Counted from the stretch's first letter, positions 29,562 through 40,785 are shown. The stretch is DNA of 64,000 nt from an uncultured Chthonomonadaceae bacterium (GCA_963817895.1 CAWFQB010000001.1:1600001-1664000); one strand, 5' to 3'. Program-made: numbers and translations. The notes: generated by a model from the letters alone, not told the origin.

Positions 29562-30503
29562 ATGTCCTGTCAACACCGAACACCGAATACCGGGCGCTCA
29601 CTTGTGAACAAACACCTGAACACCCGAATACCTGAACACCTGAATACCGCTTTCACCCTGATTGAATTGCTCGTCGTAATCGCCATTATTTCCATACTCG
29701 CGGCCATTCTGTTTCCCGTCTTCGCGCAGGCGCGTAGTTCGGCCCGCAACACGCAGGACATGTCCAACATCCGGCAAGTCGGGCTGACCGCCACGATGTA
29801 CGCGCAGGATTATGACGAGCAGTGGGTTCCGGTCGGGTCGTGGAATGATCCGAGCGTCACGCCTTACACCAACCCTAAAGCGCCCGCGCCCGGTATACCC
29901 TGGCAGGGATGGGGATTGCGCCTGCTGCCGTATGCCAAAAACAAACAGATTTTTCACTCGCCCTGGATGCCCGACAAAGCCAACTGGTTCACGGATGCCT
30001 GCGCCACGTCCAACGGCGAACTGCTCACCAATACCTATCAGATGAACTGGTTTTTAGGCTGCGACGGCAGTTACCCGTTCGATTTCGACCCGGACACGTA
30101 CACGCACACGCCTAACGGCAAGGTTTTGGATACGCCCGCAATTCTGGCGCAAATCAATCAGCCTTCAAGCACCGTCGCGTTTACGCTCAATCAGGCGACT
30201 TCCGCCTTTGGCAACAGTTTCGGCTGCGACTGGAACACGCTGGAGTCGTCGGACTTCGATAATAAACTGCGCTGGCGGGCCGTCTTCCGCAAGGGCGGCA
30301 ACCTGGCGTTTGTGGACGGTCATGCCAAATTTACTATCGCGCGGGAGGCCGACAGCGCGGGCGAAGATTTCCCCGCCTGTCAGGGTGGTCCAAGCCACAC
30401 CATCTACAACTGGTCGGCGCGTAATCTATGGATGTACCCGGCCATGCCCGACGACAACGGCGGCTACGGCGATGGCCCCATGCCGCTGCCCTGCGCTCAA
30501 TAG
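29562..30503 (+). CDS. Prepilin-type N-terminal cleavage/methylation protein (DUF1559-like); start may be GTG 29604
   Basis: AFTLIELLVVIAIISILAAILFPVFAQAR, MYAQDYDE, NLAFVDGHAK. Confidence 0.9.
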   Translation: MSCQHRTPNTGRSLVNKHLNTRIPEHLNTAFTLIELLVVIAIISILAAILFPVFAQARSSARNTQDMSNIRQVGLTATMYAQDYDEQWVPVGSWNDPSVTPYTNPKAPAPGIPWQGWGLRLLPYAKNKQIFHSPWMPDKANWFTDACATSNGELLTNTYQMNWFLGCDGSYPFDFDPDTYTHTPNGKVLDTPAILAQINQPSSTVAFTLNQATSAFGNSFGCDWNTLESSDFDNKLRWRAVFRKGGNLAFVDGHAKFTIAREADSAGEDFPACQGGPSHTIYNWSARNLWMYPAMPDDNGGYGDGPMPLPCAQ

Positions 30504-30504
30504 G

Positions 30505-30627
30505 AAGGTATCAGGTATCAGGTGTCAGGTGTCAGAAAAACACGCGCTTACTTCAGCCCTGTTCGGAATAGAGTACGAGGGAAATGAGGCATTTGCCTGA
30601 CACCTGACACCTGATACCTGACACCTT
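30505..30627. repeat. Inverted heptamer-array element (AGGTRTC)x4 ... (CTGAYAC)x4
   Basis: Arms 30505-30535 and 30597-30627. Confidence 0.9.
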
Positions 30628-30637
30628 TGTAACCACT

Positions 30638-31297
30638 ATGCACTCACTTCTTAACGAATTTTGGCAACAACTCATCACGATGGACAAGAAAGAGGTAATC
30701 GCCGCGACTACTGGCCTTATCTCCGTAATGCTTGCCGCGCGTAACAACATCTGGACATGGCCCTGGGGCATTGTGTCCGTCGTGTTGTATGCCCTCGTGT
30801 TTCGAGATGGCAAGCTGTTCGCCAATGCCGGATTGCAGATATTCTGCTTTCTGCCGCTCTCCTTTTATGCGTGGTGGGCCTGGCTGCGCTGCGGTCCCAA
30901 TCGCAAGGATGACCTGCCTATTATGCCGCTTTCCATGCGCTGGCGATGGATATGGGCAGGCATTACAGTTGCATTGAGCGTTGTGCTTGTCGCCGCCATG
31001 AAAATGCCCGCATGGGCCGACCCCAACCCCTATGCGGACGGCATTACAACCGCATTGAGCATCGTCGCGCAGTGTCTGCAAACCCGAAAGATTATTGAAA
31101 ACTGGCCTCTCTGGATTGCCGCCGATGTGGTTTACACGCTTTATCTGTTCCCTGTCAATCACTACTACACAAGCACCGTGTTGTATTTAATCTTTCTCAT
31201 TCTGGCAGTGATGGGTTGGCGGGGATGGCTACGCATTATGCGCGAACAGGAGAATCCACTGGAAGCGCCAATCGTGAGGAGTGAAACCACCGTATGA
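30638..31297 (+). CDS. pnuC: PnuC-family nicotinamide riboside/vitamin transporter
   Basis: WPWGIV, LQ, W..W, D..TT, ENW..W...D. Confidence 0.85.
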   Translation: MHSLLNEFWQQLITMDKKEVIAATTGLISVMLAARNNIWTWPWGIVSVVLYALVFRDGKLFANAGLQIFCFLPLSFYAWWAWLRCGPNRKDDLPIMPLSMRWRWIWAGITVALSVVLVAAMKMPAWADPNPYADGITTALSIVAQCLQTRKIIENWPLWIAADVVYTLYLFPVNHYYTSTVLYLIFLILAVMGWRGWLRIMREQENPLEAPIVRSETTV

Positions 31298-31677
31298 TTG
31301 AGCGATTGGATCATCTGGTATTAACGGTACGCGATGTGGGAGCAACCTGCGCGTTCTACTCCGAAGTGTTAGGCATGGAGGTTATCACGTTCGGCGAGGG
31401 GCGCAAAGCGTTGCGCTTCGGGCAACAGAAAATCAATCTGCATGAGGTGGGGCGTGAATTCGAGCCGAAAGCCATGCAGCCGACGCCCGGTTCCGCCGAC
31501 CTGTGCTTTCTTGCTTCTATCCCTCTTACTGAAGTGGAAGCGCGTCTGCGTTCGCATAAGATTGATATACTGGAAGGCCCTGTTCTGCGGACGGGCGCGA
31601 TTGGCCCAATAGAATCTCTTTATTTCCGCGACCCTGACGGCAATTTGCTTGAAGTGAGCAGGATGGTAAATAGGTAA
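31294..31677 (+). CDS. VOC/glyoxalase family protein
   Basis: LDHLVLTV, QKINLH, PGSADLCF, YFRDPDGNLLE. Confidence 0.92.
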   Translation: MIERLDHLVLTVRDVGATCAFYSEVLGMEVITFGEGRKALRFGQQKINLHEVGREFEPKAMQPTPGSADLCFLASIPLTEVEARLRSHKIDILEGPVLRTGAIGPIESLYFRDPDGNLLEVSRMVNR

Positions 31678-31685
31678 ACAAGCAA

Positions 31686-32552
31686 ATGGCGGAGGGGATG
31701 CGGGGCAAAATCTGCCTGATTACGGGCGGCACGGGCGGCATCGGCAGACAGACCGGTTTGGAACTGGCGAAACGTGGGGCAACCGTTGTTCTCGTGGGGC
31801 GCAGTGAAGAACGGGGCGCGGCGGCAGTGGAAGCGATACGGGAGCAGACGGGCAACCCTGCCATCGCGTTTCTGCGATATGACCTTTCCATGCTGGCAAA
31901 CGTTCGCGCGTTGGCGGCAGATTTTTCCCATCGCTATGACCGCCTTGATGTGCTGATCAACAACGCGGGCGTCGTGAAAAAGCAATGCGAAATCACGACG
32001 GACGGATTTGAAACCACGTTCGCCGTCAACCATCTCGCGCCCTTTCTCCTCACGCATCTTCTCCTGGACACCCTGAAGGCAAGCGGAACCCCCGCGTCCC
32101 CCGCCCGCATCCTCAACGTCTCGTCCGCCGCGCATAAAGTGTTGTGGAAGGGACTGGACTTCGACAACCTGCAGGGCGAAAAGCGGTACCGCCCTTTTCG
32201 CGCGTATGCCGCTTCCAAACTCGAAAATGTGCTGTTTACCCACGCGCTCGTGAAGCGATTGCAGGGAACGAATGTGGCCGCGTATGTCCTGCATCCCGGC
32301 GTCATCAACACGGACATCAGCCGCGAAAGCAACTCGCCCTTTGTGCGCCTTGCCTATCGCATCTGGGGCCGTTCCCTCGAAGAGGGCGCGCTGACACCCG
32401 TTTACCTTGCCACTTCGCCCGATGCGCTTCCCCTGACCGGCATGTACTTCGAGGACTGCCACGCCGCCCCCTCCTCCCGCGCCTCCTACAACCGAACAGC
32501 GGAAGAACGCTTATGGGAAGTCAGCGAAAGCCTCACCTCGCTTCGCGGCTGA
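31686..32552 (+). CDS. SDR oxidoreductase (retinol-dehydrogenase-like)
   Basis: TGGTGGIG, NNAG, VNHLAPF, YAASK, HPG. Confidence 0.92.
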   Translation: MAEGMRGKICLITGGTGGIGRQTGLELAKRGATVVLVGRSEERGAAAVEAIREQTGNPAIAFLRYDLSMLANVRALAADFSHRYDRLDVLINNAGVVKKQCEITTDGFETTFAVNHLAPFLLTHLLLDTLKASGTPASPARILNVSSAAHKVLWKGLDFDNLQGEKRYRPFRAYAASKLENVLFTHALVKRLQGTNVAAYVLHPGVINTDISRESNSPFVRLAYRIWGRSLEEGALTPVYLATSPDALPLTGMYFEDCHAAPSSRASYNRTAEERLWEVSESLTSLRG

Positions 32553-32755
32553 CAAAATCACGCTGCTGCTCAATTCTCAATGATCTGCTTTGAACGCGCG
32601 ATACAGGCCAACCCTCTCCCTCATTTCGGTTTATCAATTTTTTAATTGATAAACCATGAACTTTGCGGGGGATGTAGCCGATACTTTTCCCTGGTTCGCT
32701 AAATTTACGGGGCGCAACGGAATGTACCCCAATCTACTCAGGAGAAGTATCGGAT

Positions 32756-33727
32756 ATGCGTCTGAATGTACTGCAAGCCTCTCTGTTCGCTCTTATCGCG
32801 TTGTTTACCGTCGCTCTTATTGGCTGTGGGGGTGGCGGCAAAAGCACCCGCGCCGCAGGCCACGCCACCATCACGGTTATCTGGAACACAACGGGGCGCG
32901 GAGCCAAAACCCGCCTGATTCCCCTCGCCGCCAACAGCATCCGCATTGCTATTCTGGACGGCAGCGCTTCTATTGCCTCAAAGGTGGTTTCGCGCCCGAC
33001 TTCCGGCAACTCCACCACGCAGGAGTTCAATGAACTGCCGGTGCGCAGCCTCACCCTGTCCGTGTCGGCTTTTGCCAGCAGCGACGGCACGGGTACGGCG
33101 TTAGCCGTGAGCAACGATACGCTCATTGTCACCGCCAACACCACTGTCGAGAAGACGCTGAATCTGGTTTCCACCATTGACCACATGAATGTCAGCTATG
33201 CGCAGTCCACGCTGCTCAAAGATGAGGTTGTCGGCATCACCGCTACGGCGTTCGATGCAGAGGGCAACGCGGTTCTGCTGACGCCGAGCGCGCTGACGTG
33301 GACCTCCTCCGATGCCGCCAAAGTCAAGGCAGACGCCACGAATACCGGCGCGAACCTGACCGGCATGGGAGCCGGCGCGGCGAACGTCACTGTCACCGAC
33401 ACGGAATCCAACATCAGCAAAGAGTTCAGCGTCACGGGCATGACCTTTACCCTCACGCCCGCCAGCCAGACGCTTTCCGTCAACGACACGCAAACGTTCA
33501 GCGCGGCCATTGCCGGCCCATCCGATACGAGCGTGACCTGGAGCATCGTGGACGCGCATGGCAATGCTGTCAGCAACGGCGGAACCATCTCCCCCAACGG
33601 CCTGTATACCGCGCCGACGACACATGGCAGTTTCAAAGTAAAAGCCAGCAGCAACGCCGATGCCACTCGTTCGCTGACAGCCGATGTCACCGTGCAGTCC
33701 GGCGATGCCCATCTCACCATCCACTAA
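32756..33727 (+). CDS. Lipoprotein with Ig-like domains
   Basis: LIGC-GGGG, RLIP.AANS, GTI..NGLYTAP. Confidence 0.85.
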   Translation: MRLNVLQASLFALIALFTVALIGCGGGGKSTRAAGHATITVIWNTTGRGAKTRLIPLAANSIRIAILDGSASIASKVVSRPTSGNSTTQEFNELPVRSLTLSVSAFASSDGTGTALAVSNDTLIVTANTTVEKTLNLVSTIDHMNVSYAQSTLLKDEVVGITATAFDAEGNAVLLTPSALTWTSSDAAKVKADATNTGANLTGMGAGAANVTVTDTESNISKEFSVTGMTFTLTPASQTLSVNDTQTFSAAIAGPSDTSVTWSIVDAHGNAVSNGGTISPNGLYTAPTTHGSFKVKASSNADATRSLTADVTVQSGDAHLTIH

Positions 33728-33739
33728 GCAAAACGCTCC

Positions 33740-33780
33740 GCGAGGGTTCCTCCCGTCTGTGTGGCCGGAGGAACCCTCGC
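33740..33780 (+). terminator. Intergenic hairpin
   Basis: GCGAGGGTTCCTCC...GGAGGAACCCTCGC, 14-bp stem. Confidence 0.6.
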
Positions 33781-33824
33781 TGTCCCACTTATTTTTCCTA
33801 CTCTTATTTTCAGGAGAATGCTCC

Positions 33825-35424
33825 GTGAAACGTATTGGACTCTTTTTACTCTCAATTTCCTGCCTGCTCGCCCTTTTCCTGACAGGTTGCGGCGGGGGCG
33901 GCAAATCGCTGAACGGTCTGAAGACCGCCAGCGGCAAAACTTCGGGCAAAGGCAAGGCCGTCGTTCAATTGACATGGCCCAAACGGGGCAAAGCCACCAG
34001 CCGCCTGATCCCGCAAGCCGCCAACAGCGTCAAAGTGGTTGTCCTGAATGGCGGCGCGCCTGTCGCCAGCGCGGTGCTGACCCGTCCGGCCATTGGCGAC
34101 CCGACAACAAGCGTGTGCGATCTCAATGACCTGCCTCCGGGCGCGTACAGCGCGAAAGCCACCGCCTATCCGAGCGCGGATGCGGCGAGCGGCACAGCGC
34201 AGGCAACGGTGACGGTTCCGCTGACGATTACCGCCGATCAGTCTACGCCTCTCACAATGACGATGGACAGCACAGTCGAGCGTCATTCAGGTGACGGCGG
34301 CGGGGGGAGCGGTTTCTCTGGCTCCTGCCGCGACATTGCAGTTAAGCGCGACGCCCATAGACGCCACCGGAGCGGCTGTGCTGACGACACCGGCCAATAT
34401 GACCTGGGACACCGGCGATCACAGCAAAGCGACAATAGACGCCAACGGCCTGTTGACCGGCGTTGCCGCCGGTTCTATAACCATAACGGCTCTCGATACC
34501 GAGCATCAGAAGTCGGGTACGCTCAATCTGACAGTCCGTTCTTCCTTTCACATCCTGGTGGCGGACAGCAACAATAGCCGCATTATACGTATGGATGATA
34601 TAAGCGGAAGCGGCTGGGTTTCCTATGGAACTGCCGGTAACTCCAGTTCCGGGGTCGGGCATTTCAACTATCCAGGCAACGTTGTCGAGGACAATCAGGG
34701 GCGTATCTATGTGGCAGACAGCAGCAATCACCGCATCGTGCGCATGGACGATATGAGCGGAACCGGCTGGGTTTCCTACGGCGCGTTAGGTTCCGGGGCA
34801 GGACACTTTCAATGGCCGACAGGCATAGCGGTGGATGCGACGGGCCATATCTATGTGGCCGATCAATATAACAGCCGCATCGCGCGCATAGATGATATGA
34901 GCGGAAGCGGCTGGACTACCTGCAATGCCTCCACCAGCGGGCTGGGCGCTTTCAGTCTACCTGCCGGCGTTGCCCTGGATACCCACGGACGTATCTATGT
35001 GGCCGATCAGGGCCGCAGCCGCATCGCGCGTATGGATGACATGAATGGAACCAATATCGTTGCGTATGGTTCCCCTGGTTCCTCCAGTTCCGGCGCGGGA
35101 CACTTTGAATGGCCCTGTGGCATCGCCGTAGATGCGGGCGGGCATATTTATGTGGCGGATACCGAGAACCAACGTATCGCGCGCATAGATGACATGAGTG
35201 GAAGCGGCTGGGCCTCATACGGCTCCAATGGTTCCGGCGCGGGGAACTTCCGTTGGCCCGGAGGCATCGCCGTAGATGCGGGCGGACATATCTATGTGGC
35301 GGATACCTCCAACAGCCGCATCGTGTCTATGGATAACATCACCGGGAGCGGCTGGACCAGCTACGGCTCCTACGGTAATGGCACAGGGCAGTTCTCGTAT
35401 CCTTCCAATATCTCCGACGATTAG
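33825..35424 (+). CDS. Lipoprotein with an Ig-like domain and an NHL-repeat beta-propeller (frameshift at about 34284)
   Basis: LTGC-GGGG, RLIPQAANS; six YVAD..N.RI.R.DD-type repeats. Confidence 0.85.
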
Positions 35425-35483
35425 CCGGGACAGGTCGCCCTGCATGCGGCCTGCTATCCACCAACTTCGATAGCAGGCGCGGA

Positions 35484-35522
35484 AACGCGCCGAGGAGAGC
35501 CTGATACTCTCCTCGGCGCGTT
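35484..35522 (+). terminator. Hairpin after the NHL lipoprotein
   Basis: AACGCGCCGAGGAGAG-7nt-CTCTCCTCGGCGCGTT. Confidence 0.65.
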
Positions 35523-35549
35523 CGGCTGTTTTTGCGGTACAATAAGCGT

Positions 35550-36966
35550 ATGTCTATCCAAACAATCGAACCATTTCCAGAGTCTTTAAGTACGCAAAAC
35601 CAAAATATGGGCAATAAAGGGCGCGTCAGCCTTATCAATCTGGGCTGCGCCAAAAATGAGGTGGACAGCGAGGAGATGCTCGGCCTGCTGCAAAGCGAAG
35701 GCTACGGCGTTGAGTCCGCCCATAACAGCAAAGCCGTGCGCGGCGATACCGATGTAGTCATTATCAATACCTGCGGGTTTATTGATGCCGCCAAAGAGGA
35801 GTCCATCAACACCATTCTGGAAGCCTTGCAGCGCAAAGAGCGGGGCGAAATCAAGAAGGTGGTTGTGGCGGGGTGTCTGGTGCAGCGGTACGCCAAAGAA
35901 CTGGCGCTGGAAATGCCCGATGTGGACGCTTTTATCGGCACGGGGCAGATGGGCCAGATCGGGCAGGTCGTGGGCAACTCGCTGATTCGGCCCGGACAAC
36001 TGCTGCAAATCGGGGCCAAGCCGCATCATCAATGGCTGGACACGCCAACGCGCGCCCGGTTGGGCAGTCCGTGGACGGCGTACCTGAAAATCTCCGAAGG
36101 CTGCGACCACGCCTGCACGTTCTGCGCCATTCCGAGTTTCCGGGGCCGGCACGTCAGCAAGCCGATGGAAAAAATCATTGCCGAAGCCGAACTGCTTGTC
36201 GTCGCAGGGCGTGAAGGAGATCAATCTCATCGCGCAGGATTCGACGCAGTACGGCTATGATCTGTACGGCAAAATGATGCTGCCCCAACTGCTGCGCGAA
36301 CTGTCGCAAATCAACGACGTGCAGTGGCTGCGCCTGTTTTACTGCTACCCGTCCCGCGTCAATCGGGGTATCATAGACGCCATTGCCACCACGCCCAAAC
36401 TGCTGCACTACATTGATATGCCGCTGCAACACGCCGACAACGAGATGCTGCGCCTGATGCGCCGCCCAATGACGTACGACGGCTACCTGAAACTGCTGAC
36501 GGATTTCCGAGCCGCCGCGCCCGATGTCGCCATTCGCACGACGTTCATTGTGGGCTTTCCGGGTGAAACCAAAGAGCATTTCGCCACGCTGGAACGCTTT
36601 GTCGAGGAAGCGCAGTTCGACCGCGTGGGCGTGTTCGAGTATTCCGTTGAGGACGGGACGCCGAGCGGGGATATGGAACCAAAAGTGCCCTCGCGCACCA
36701 AGCGAACCCGCAAGGAAAAACTCATGGCGCGGCAGCAGCCCATCTCCCTCGCCTGCAATCAGAAGTGGGTGGGCCGCGAACTGGATGTGCTGGTAGAAAG
36801 CCGTTCGCCGCTGGACATTACCACGATGATAGGCCGCAGTTTCCGCGACGCGCCGGAAATTGACGGACAGGTTTACGTAAAGAAGTGCGCCGCCAAACCC
36901 GGTTCGTTCGTCCGCGCCCGCGTCATCGAAGCCCGTCCCTACGATCTGGTTGCCGAACCCGTGTAA
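35550..36966 (+). CDS. rimO: Ribosomal protein S12 methylthiotransferase RimO (frameshift at about 36200)
   Basis: LGCAKNEVDSE, NTCGFI..AKEESI, EGCDHACTFCAIP, IAQD, C-terminal TRAM with APEIDG. Confidence 0.92.
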
Positions 36967-37001
36967 CTGCCTGCTGCCATAATATGCGGAGGAGCACTGA
37001 C

Positions 37002-37664
37002 ATGAGTAAAATCATTGTTCGCCCTATGTCGAACGGCTGTTAAATATAAATCTACATTCCGTCTCATGGCAGCGGAAATGCAGCAACTCACACAAGAAAG
37101 ATCAGGAAGACCAGGCCAGCATAGATGAAAACCAGCGCACAAATAAAAAAGTTAAGAGAGGAAACACGCGCTCTGCTTGCAAGTATCAAAGCCTCTAAGA
37201 ACAAGGAGAAAAATTATGAATGAGAGTGTCTTGCACTGTCCAACTGAAAACAGCCTCTGACTACAAGGCGGCGATTAACCAATGCCTCAAAGGAATTCAC
37301 AGAAACTGCAAGCGCAGATTGAGGCTGACGACATTGAAATTGAGCGGCTGAAACGTGAGACAAGAGCGTTGTTAGCGCAGATGAAAGTGGCATAAGCCAT
37401 GATTGAAGCAACTTTAATGCGTCTTGCGACGTCAGGTTGTCACCTTAATGGCAGACGTTCAGAAATTGAAAACAGATGTTAAAGATTTACGCGATGAGTT
37501 GAAGAGACCTGACGGAATTGGTTCGCCAGATACGTTTCGATCAGCAGCGAGATCGCGACAACGCAGCCCATGAGCGCGAAAACCTGCTGTTGCGACTGGA
37601 GAACGCGCTTCTGAAATTCGAGCGACGCCTACCGTCCGGCGACACAAAGGGCGATGTTGAGTAG
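37002..37664 (+). pseudogene. Three small coiled-coil genes, each broken by indels
   Basis: Fragments ending KLREETRALLASIK, RLKRETRALLAQMKVA* and HERENLLLRLENALLKFERRLP; SD sequences before the first two starts. Confidence 0.5.
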
Positions 37665-37676
37665 CAGAGGAAAATT

Positions 37677-38376
37677 GTGACGGAAGCCATTCAGGTGGCG
37701 GTAATCGGGTTAGGCGGGACGGCGCTGATTGCGACTGTCGGGTTTGCGAATTTTTATAACTCCCGGCAACTGCTCAACGCCGCCAACAAACAGCTTATTG
37801 CCATGCAGGATCAGCTCGCGCAGGCGCAGCGCCAACTGCTGAACGCGGAAAAGCAGCCGCAAATGCAGTTGTTGCAACGCTCTGTCGAGGAAACAAACGA
37901 TTATTTGCGCGCGCTGCTGGAGCATCCGCAATCTGCGCCCGTTCTTTTATGACAATCGCCCGCTTCCCGCCGGGGAGGATGTTCTCCACGCGCAGATAAT
38001 GATGATGGCCGAACTGATGCTGAACAATTTCGCGTCCAGCATCATCCATTCCATTCAGTTTCCTGAGTATCCCATCGGCAGCGTGGAAAACGGCATCAAG
38101 TACCACCTGCGCAACAGCCCCGCTCTGTGTACGTTTCTGTTCACGTACTTTGACCAGTTTCAGGTGACGGGGCTGACGCTGCTCTGCCTGAGACACGATA
38201 CCCGCAGCGGAGTTGTCGCCGATCTGGAAAACCTGATTGCGCTTGCCGCGTCCAATCCTGATGAGCAACGCCGCCGCATGGAACTGCTCCACACGCTGCA
38301 AACGGATGTGTCTGACAATCCGCTCGTGTTCGCCGGACAGGGGCTGCAAAAAGCGCGTCCGCTGCTGGTGAAGTAG
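37677..38376 (+). CDS. Membrane-anchored hypothetical protein (frameshift at about 37931)
   Basis: N-terminal TM plus coiled coil; HP.LRPFFY junction joins the two ORFs. Confidence 0.6.
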
Positions 38377-38493
38377 CCCAATTCGCGGAAAATTTCATAT
38401 TCACGCGAAGCAGGCATAAGCGTGCGCCGTTCGCGAATTATAGGGTGAATCGGGTACAGTATTCAGAGCGAAATCAACAAGGGATAAACAACG

Positions 38494-39582
38494 ATGAAAC
38501 TGTTCGGAATCTCGCTGGGAAAAGAAAAAGCGGTTACGTTCAATGAGTTTCGGGATCAGGTGCGTCTGGCTGTCCGGCGCGCGCATCCCGGCGCGCGCAT
38601 CGAAGCCAAAGATGACGGGTTTGTCCTCTACCGGGAGGGCGAGGCGCCGGTTGTCGGCAACATCAAGCAGTTGTACCACAACTACTATAAGAATCCGGGC
38701 GACCGTGACGCGCTTATCGGGGGATGGATCGCTTCGCTGACTTTCGAGACGCCGCAGCATAGCTGGATGGAGGCCGCCAACACCCTCCGCCCGACCCTGA
38801 AAAACACGACGTTCGTGGATGCCGCCAACAAATCGTTGGGCAAGCAGGAGGACTCGCTGCCCTCAAAACCGTTTCTGGGCGACCTGCATGTGATCGTGAT
38901 GCGCGACCTGCCGGGTACAGCGGTTGCCGTGACGCAGAAGATGATGGACGATTGGGGCGTCACCCTGCCGCAGTGCGTGACCGAAGCGATGAGCAATCTG
39001 GGCGTACAGAGTTTCCCCGATGTTTCCAACGCCATGACGACAGGCGAGCGGCAAAAGGGGCATGATGGGCGAAGAGGTTGGACTGGATTTCAAAGGCGAC
39101 CATCTAACGGCGACGTGGCTGATTTCGGAACGCTTTCGCGATTTTGTCGGGCAACGCTTGCAGGGCGATTATATTGTGGCGGTTCCCAACCGGGGACGAT
39201 TGACCGCTGTACGCGCCGATGAGCCGGGGCTGATCGCGTCCATTCAGCAGACCGCCCGCAACTACGGCTCTCAGCCCTATCCGCTCACGGGCATGCTGTT
39301 TCACGTCAGCGCGGCCACAACGGGCGGTCAGGTGACAGTGTTTCAGCCGGGAGCGGCAGGCGGCACAACCGCCACTCTGGACGCCGGCAGCCAGTTCGCG
39401 GCAGGCAAAACGCCAGCCACGCCGCCCAGCGTCGGCAATATTGCCGCAGGCATGGCTCCCCTGCCTTCCTCTCCGCGCAGCCCAAATCTCTGAACGAGTG
39501 GTACGGCCTGAGCGAATCCACCCTTGACGAACCCGAACCGACCAATACGCCGCCGACCGTGAAGACGGCGAGGAAAAAATAG
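38494..39582 (+). CDS. Hypothetical protein, possibly DUF1444-like (frameshifts at about 39050 and 39470)
   Basis: Overlapping ORFs with host-like codon usage; LRPTLK, V..RDLP, VAVPNR. Confidence 0.55.
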
Positions 39583-39585
39583 GAA

Positions 39586-39693
39586 TTAGGTTGTTAGGTT
39601 GTTAGGACGATACAAGATAGCCCACTTGATTTTGCGCGGCAAGGCTATCATCCCAAGACCTAACAACCTAACAACCTAACAACCTAACAACCT
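39586..39693. repeat. Inverted octamer-array element (GTTGTTAG)n ... (CCTAACAA)x4
   Basis: Ends 4 nt before the trpD ATG. Confidence 0.88.
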
Positions 39694-39697
39694 TCCC

Positions 39698-40735
39698 ATG
39701 CTGCCCGACATTCTGCACAAACTGGTAGAGCGACAGGATTTGACGCGAACCGAAGCCTCGGAAGTGATGACTGCGCTGATGGCGGGGCAGGCTACGCCGG
39801 GGCAGATCGGCGCGTTGCTGGTTGCGCTGCGCATGAAGGGCGAAACGGTTGCGGAAGTGACGGGATTCGTGCAGGCGATGCGGGCAGTCATGGTTCCGGT
39901 TCCCACGCGGAAAACGTCCCTGCTGGATACGTGCGGCACAGGCGGCAGCCAATGTCGCGTGTTCAATGTGTCTACGGCATCCGCGTTTGCCCTCGCGTCG
40001 TTGGGTATTCCGGTTGCCAAGCACGGCAACCGGGCGATGTCGGGCATTTGCGGCAGCGCGGATGTGCTGGAAGCGTGTGGCATCCGCGTGAATTTGTCGC
40101 CGGAACAGTGCGCCCGGTGCATTGACGAGGTTGGCATCGGCTTTTTATTCGCGCCCGGACACCATCCCGCCCTGAAGCATGTCGGTCCGATACGCCGCGA
40201 AATAGGGGTTCGGAGCGTGTTCAACCTGCTCGGTCCCCTGTGCAATCCGGCGCGCGCGACGCGGCAAACATTGGGCGTATACGACCGTCGTTTGTGTCCC
40301 CTCGCGATTGGAGCCTTGCGCGATCTTGGCAGCGAACGCGCCCTTGCGATGCATGGCGAAATTGGGCTGGATGAAATCGCTACAAATGGCATAACTTATG
40401 TTAGCGAACTGCGCGACGGCGAAATTATACACTACACCTTGAACCGCGAGACTTTGGGATTGCGCGGCGGTGAACCCTGCCCGGAAGACCTCGCCCCGCG
40501 CTCTACGCCCGAAGAAAACGCCCAATTGCTGCGCGATGTGCTGGCGGGTAAGGATGGAACTCGCGCCGAACACGCCCGTCAGGAGTTGGCGGCTGTGAAC
40601 ATCGCGGCCTCCCTGCGCGTGTGCGGCCTTGCGGATACATGGCCGGAAGCGGTTGAACTTGCGCGGGAAACACTGCGTTCCGGCAAGGCGCTGGCGAAGA
40701 TGGATGAATTGCGGGCGTTTACGCGGGCGTTTTGA
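39698..40735 (+). CDS. trpD: Anthranilate phosphoribosyltransferase
   Basis: DTCGTGG, FNVST, KHGNR, GSADVLE, FNLLGPL, GLDE. Confidence 0.95.
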   Translation: MLPDILHKLVERQDLTRTEASEVMTALMAGQATPGQIGALLVALRMKGETVAEVTGFVQAMRAVMVPVPTRKTSLLDTCGTGGSQCRVFNVSTASAFALASLGIPVAKHGNRAMSGICGSADVLEACGIRVNLSPEQCARCIDEVGIGFLFAPGHHPALKHVGPIRREIGVRSVFNLLGPLCNPARATRQTLGVYDRRLCPLAIGALRDLGSERALAMHGEIGLDEIATNGITYVSELRDGEIIHYTLNRETLGLRGGEPCPEDLAPRSTPEENAQLLRDVLAGKDGTRAEHARQELAAVNIAASLRVCGLADTWPEAVELARETLRSGKALAKMDELRAFTRAF

Positions 40736-40785
40736 CCTCACCCCCGGCCCCTCTCCTTGCCGCGCAACGCGCTATGAGAGGGGAG
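40736..40785. repeat. REP-like palindromic element CCTCACCCCCGGCCCCTCTCC...GAGAGGGGAG
   Basis: Starts immediately after the trpD stop; CCCCTCTC/GAGAGGGG stem. Confidence 0.65.

Noticed and set aside
30504..30637. Riboswitch upstream of pnuC
   Set aside because: The region is occupied by a heptamer-armed element, and no known aptamer motifs were recognised.
34540..35420. DNA repeats of about 140 nt as a non-coding array or DGR template
   Set aside because: They are in-frame NHL protein repeats, and there is no reverse transcriptase in the window.
36180..36220. Programmed frameshifting in rimO and other split genes
   Set aside because: No slippery heptamers, and the scattered single-base indels fit sequencing error.
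39583..39697. trp attenuator or T-box before trpD
   Set aside because: No Trp-rich leader peptide or T-box motif; the hairpin belongs to the repeat family.
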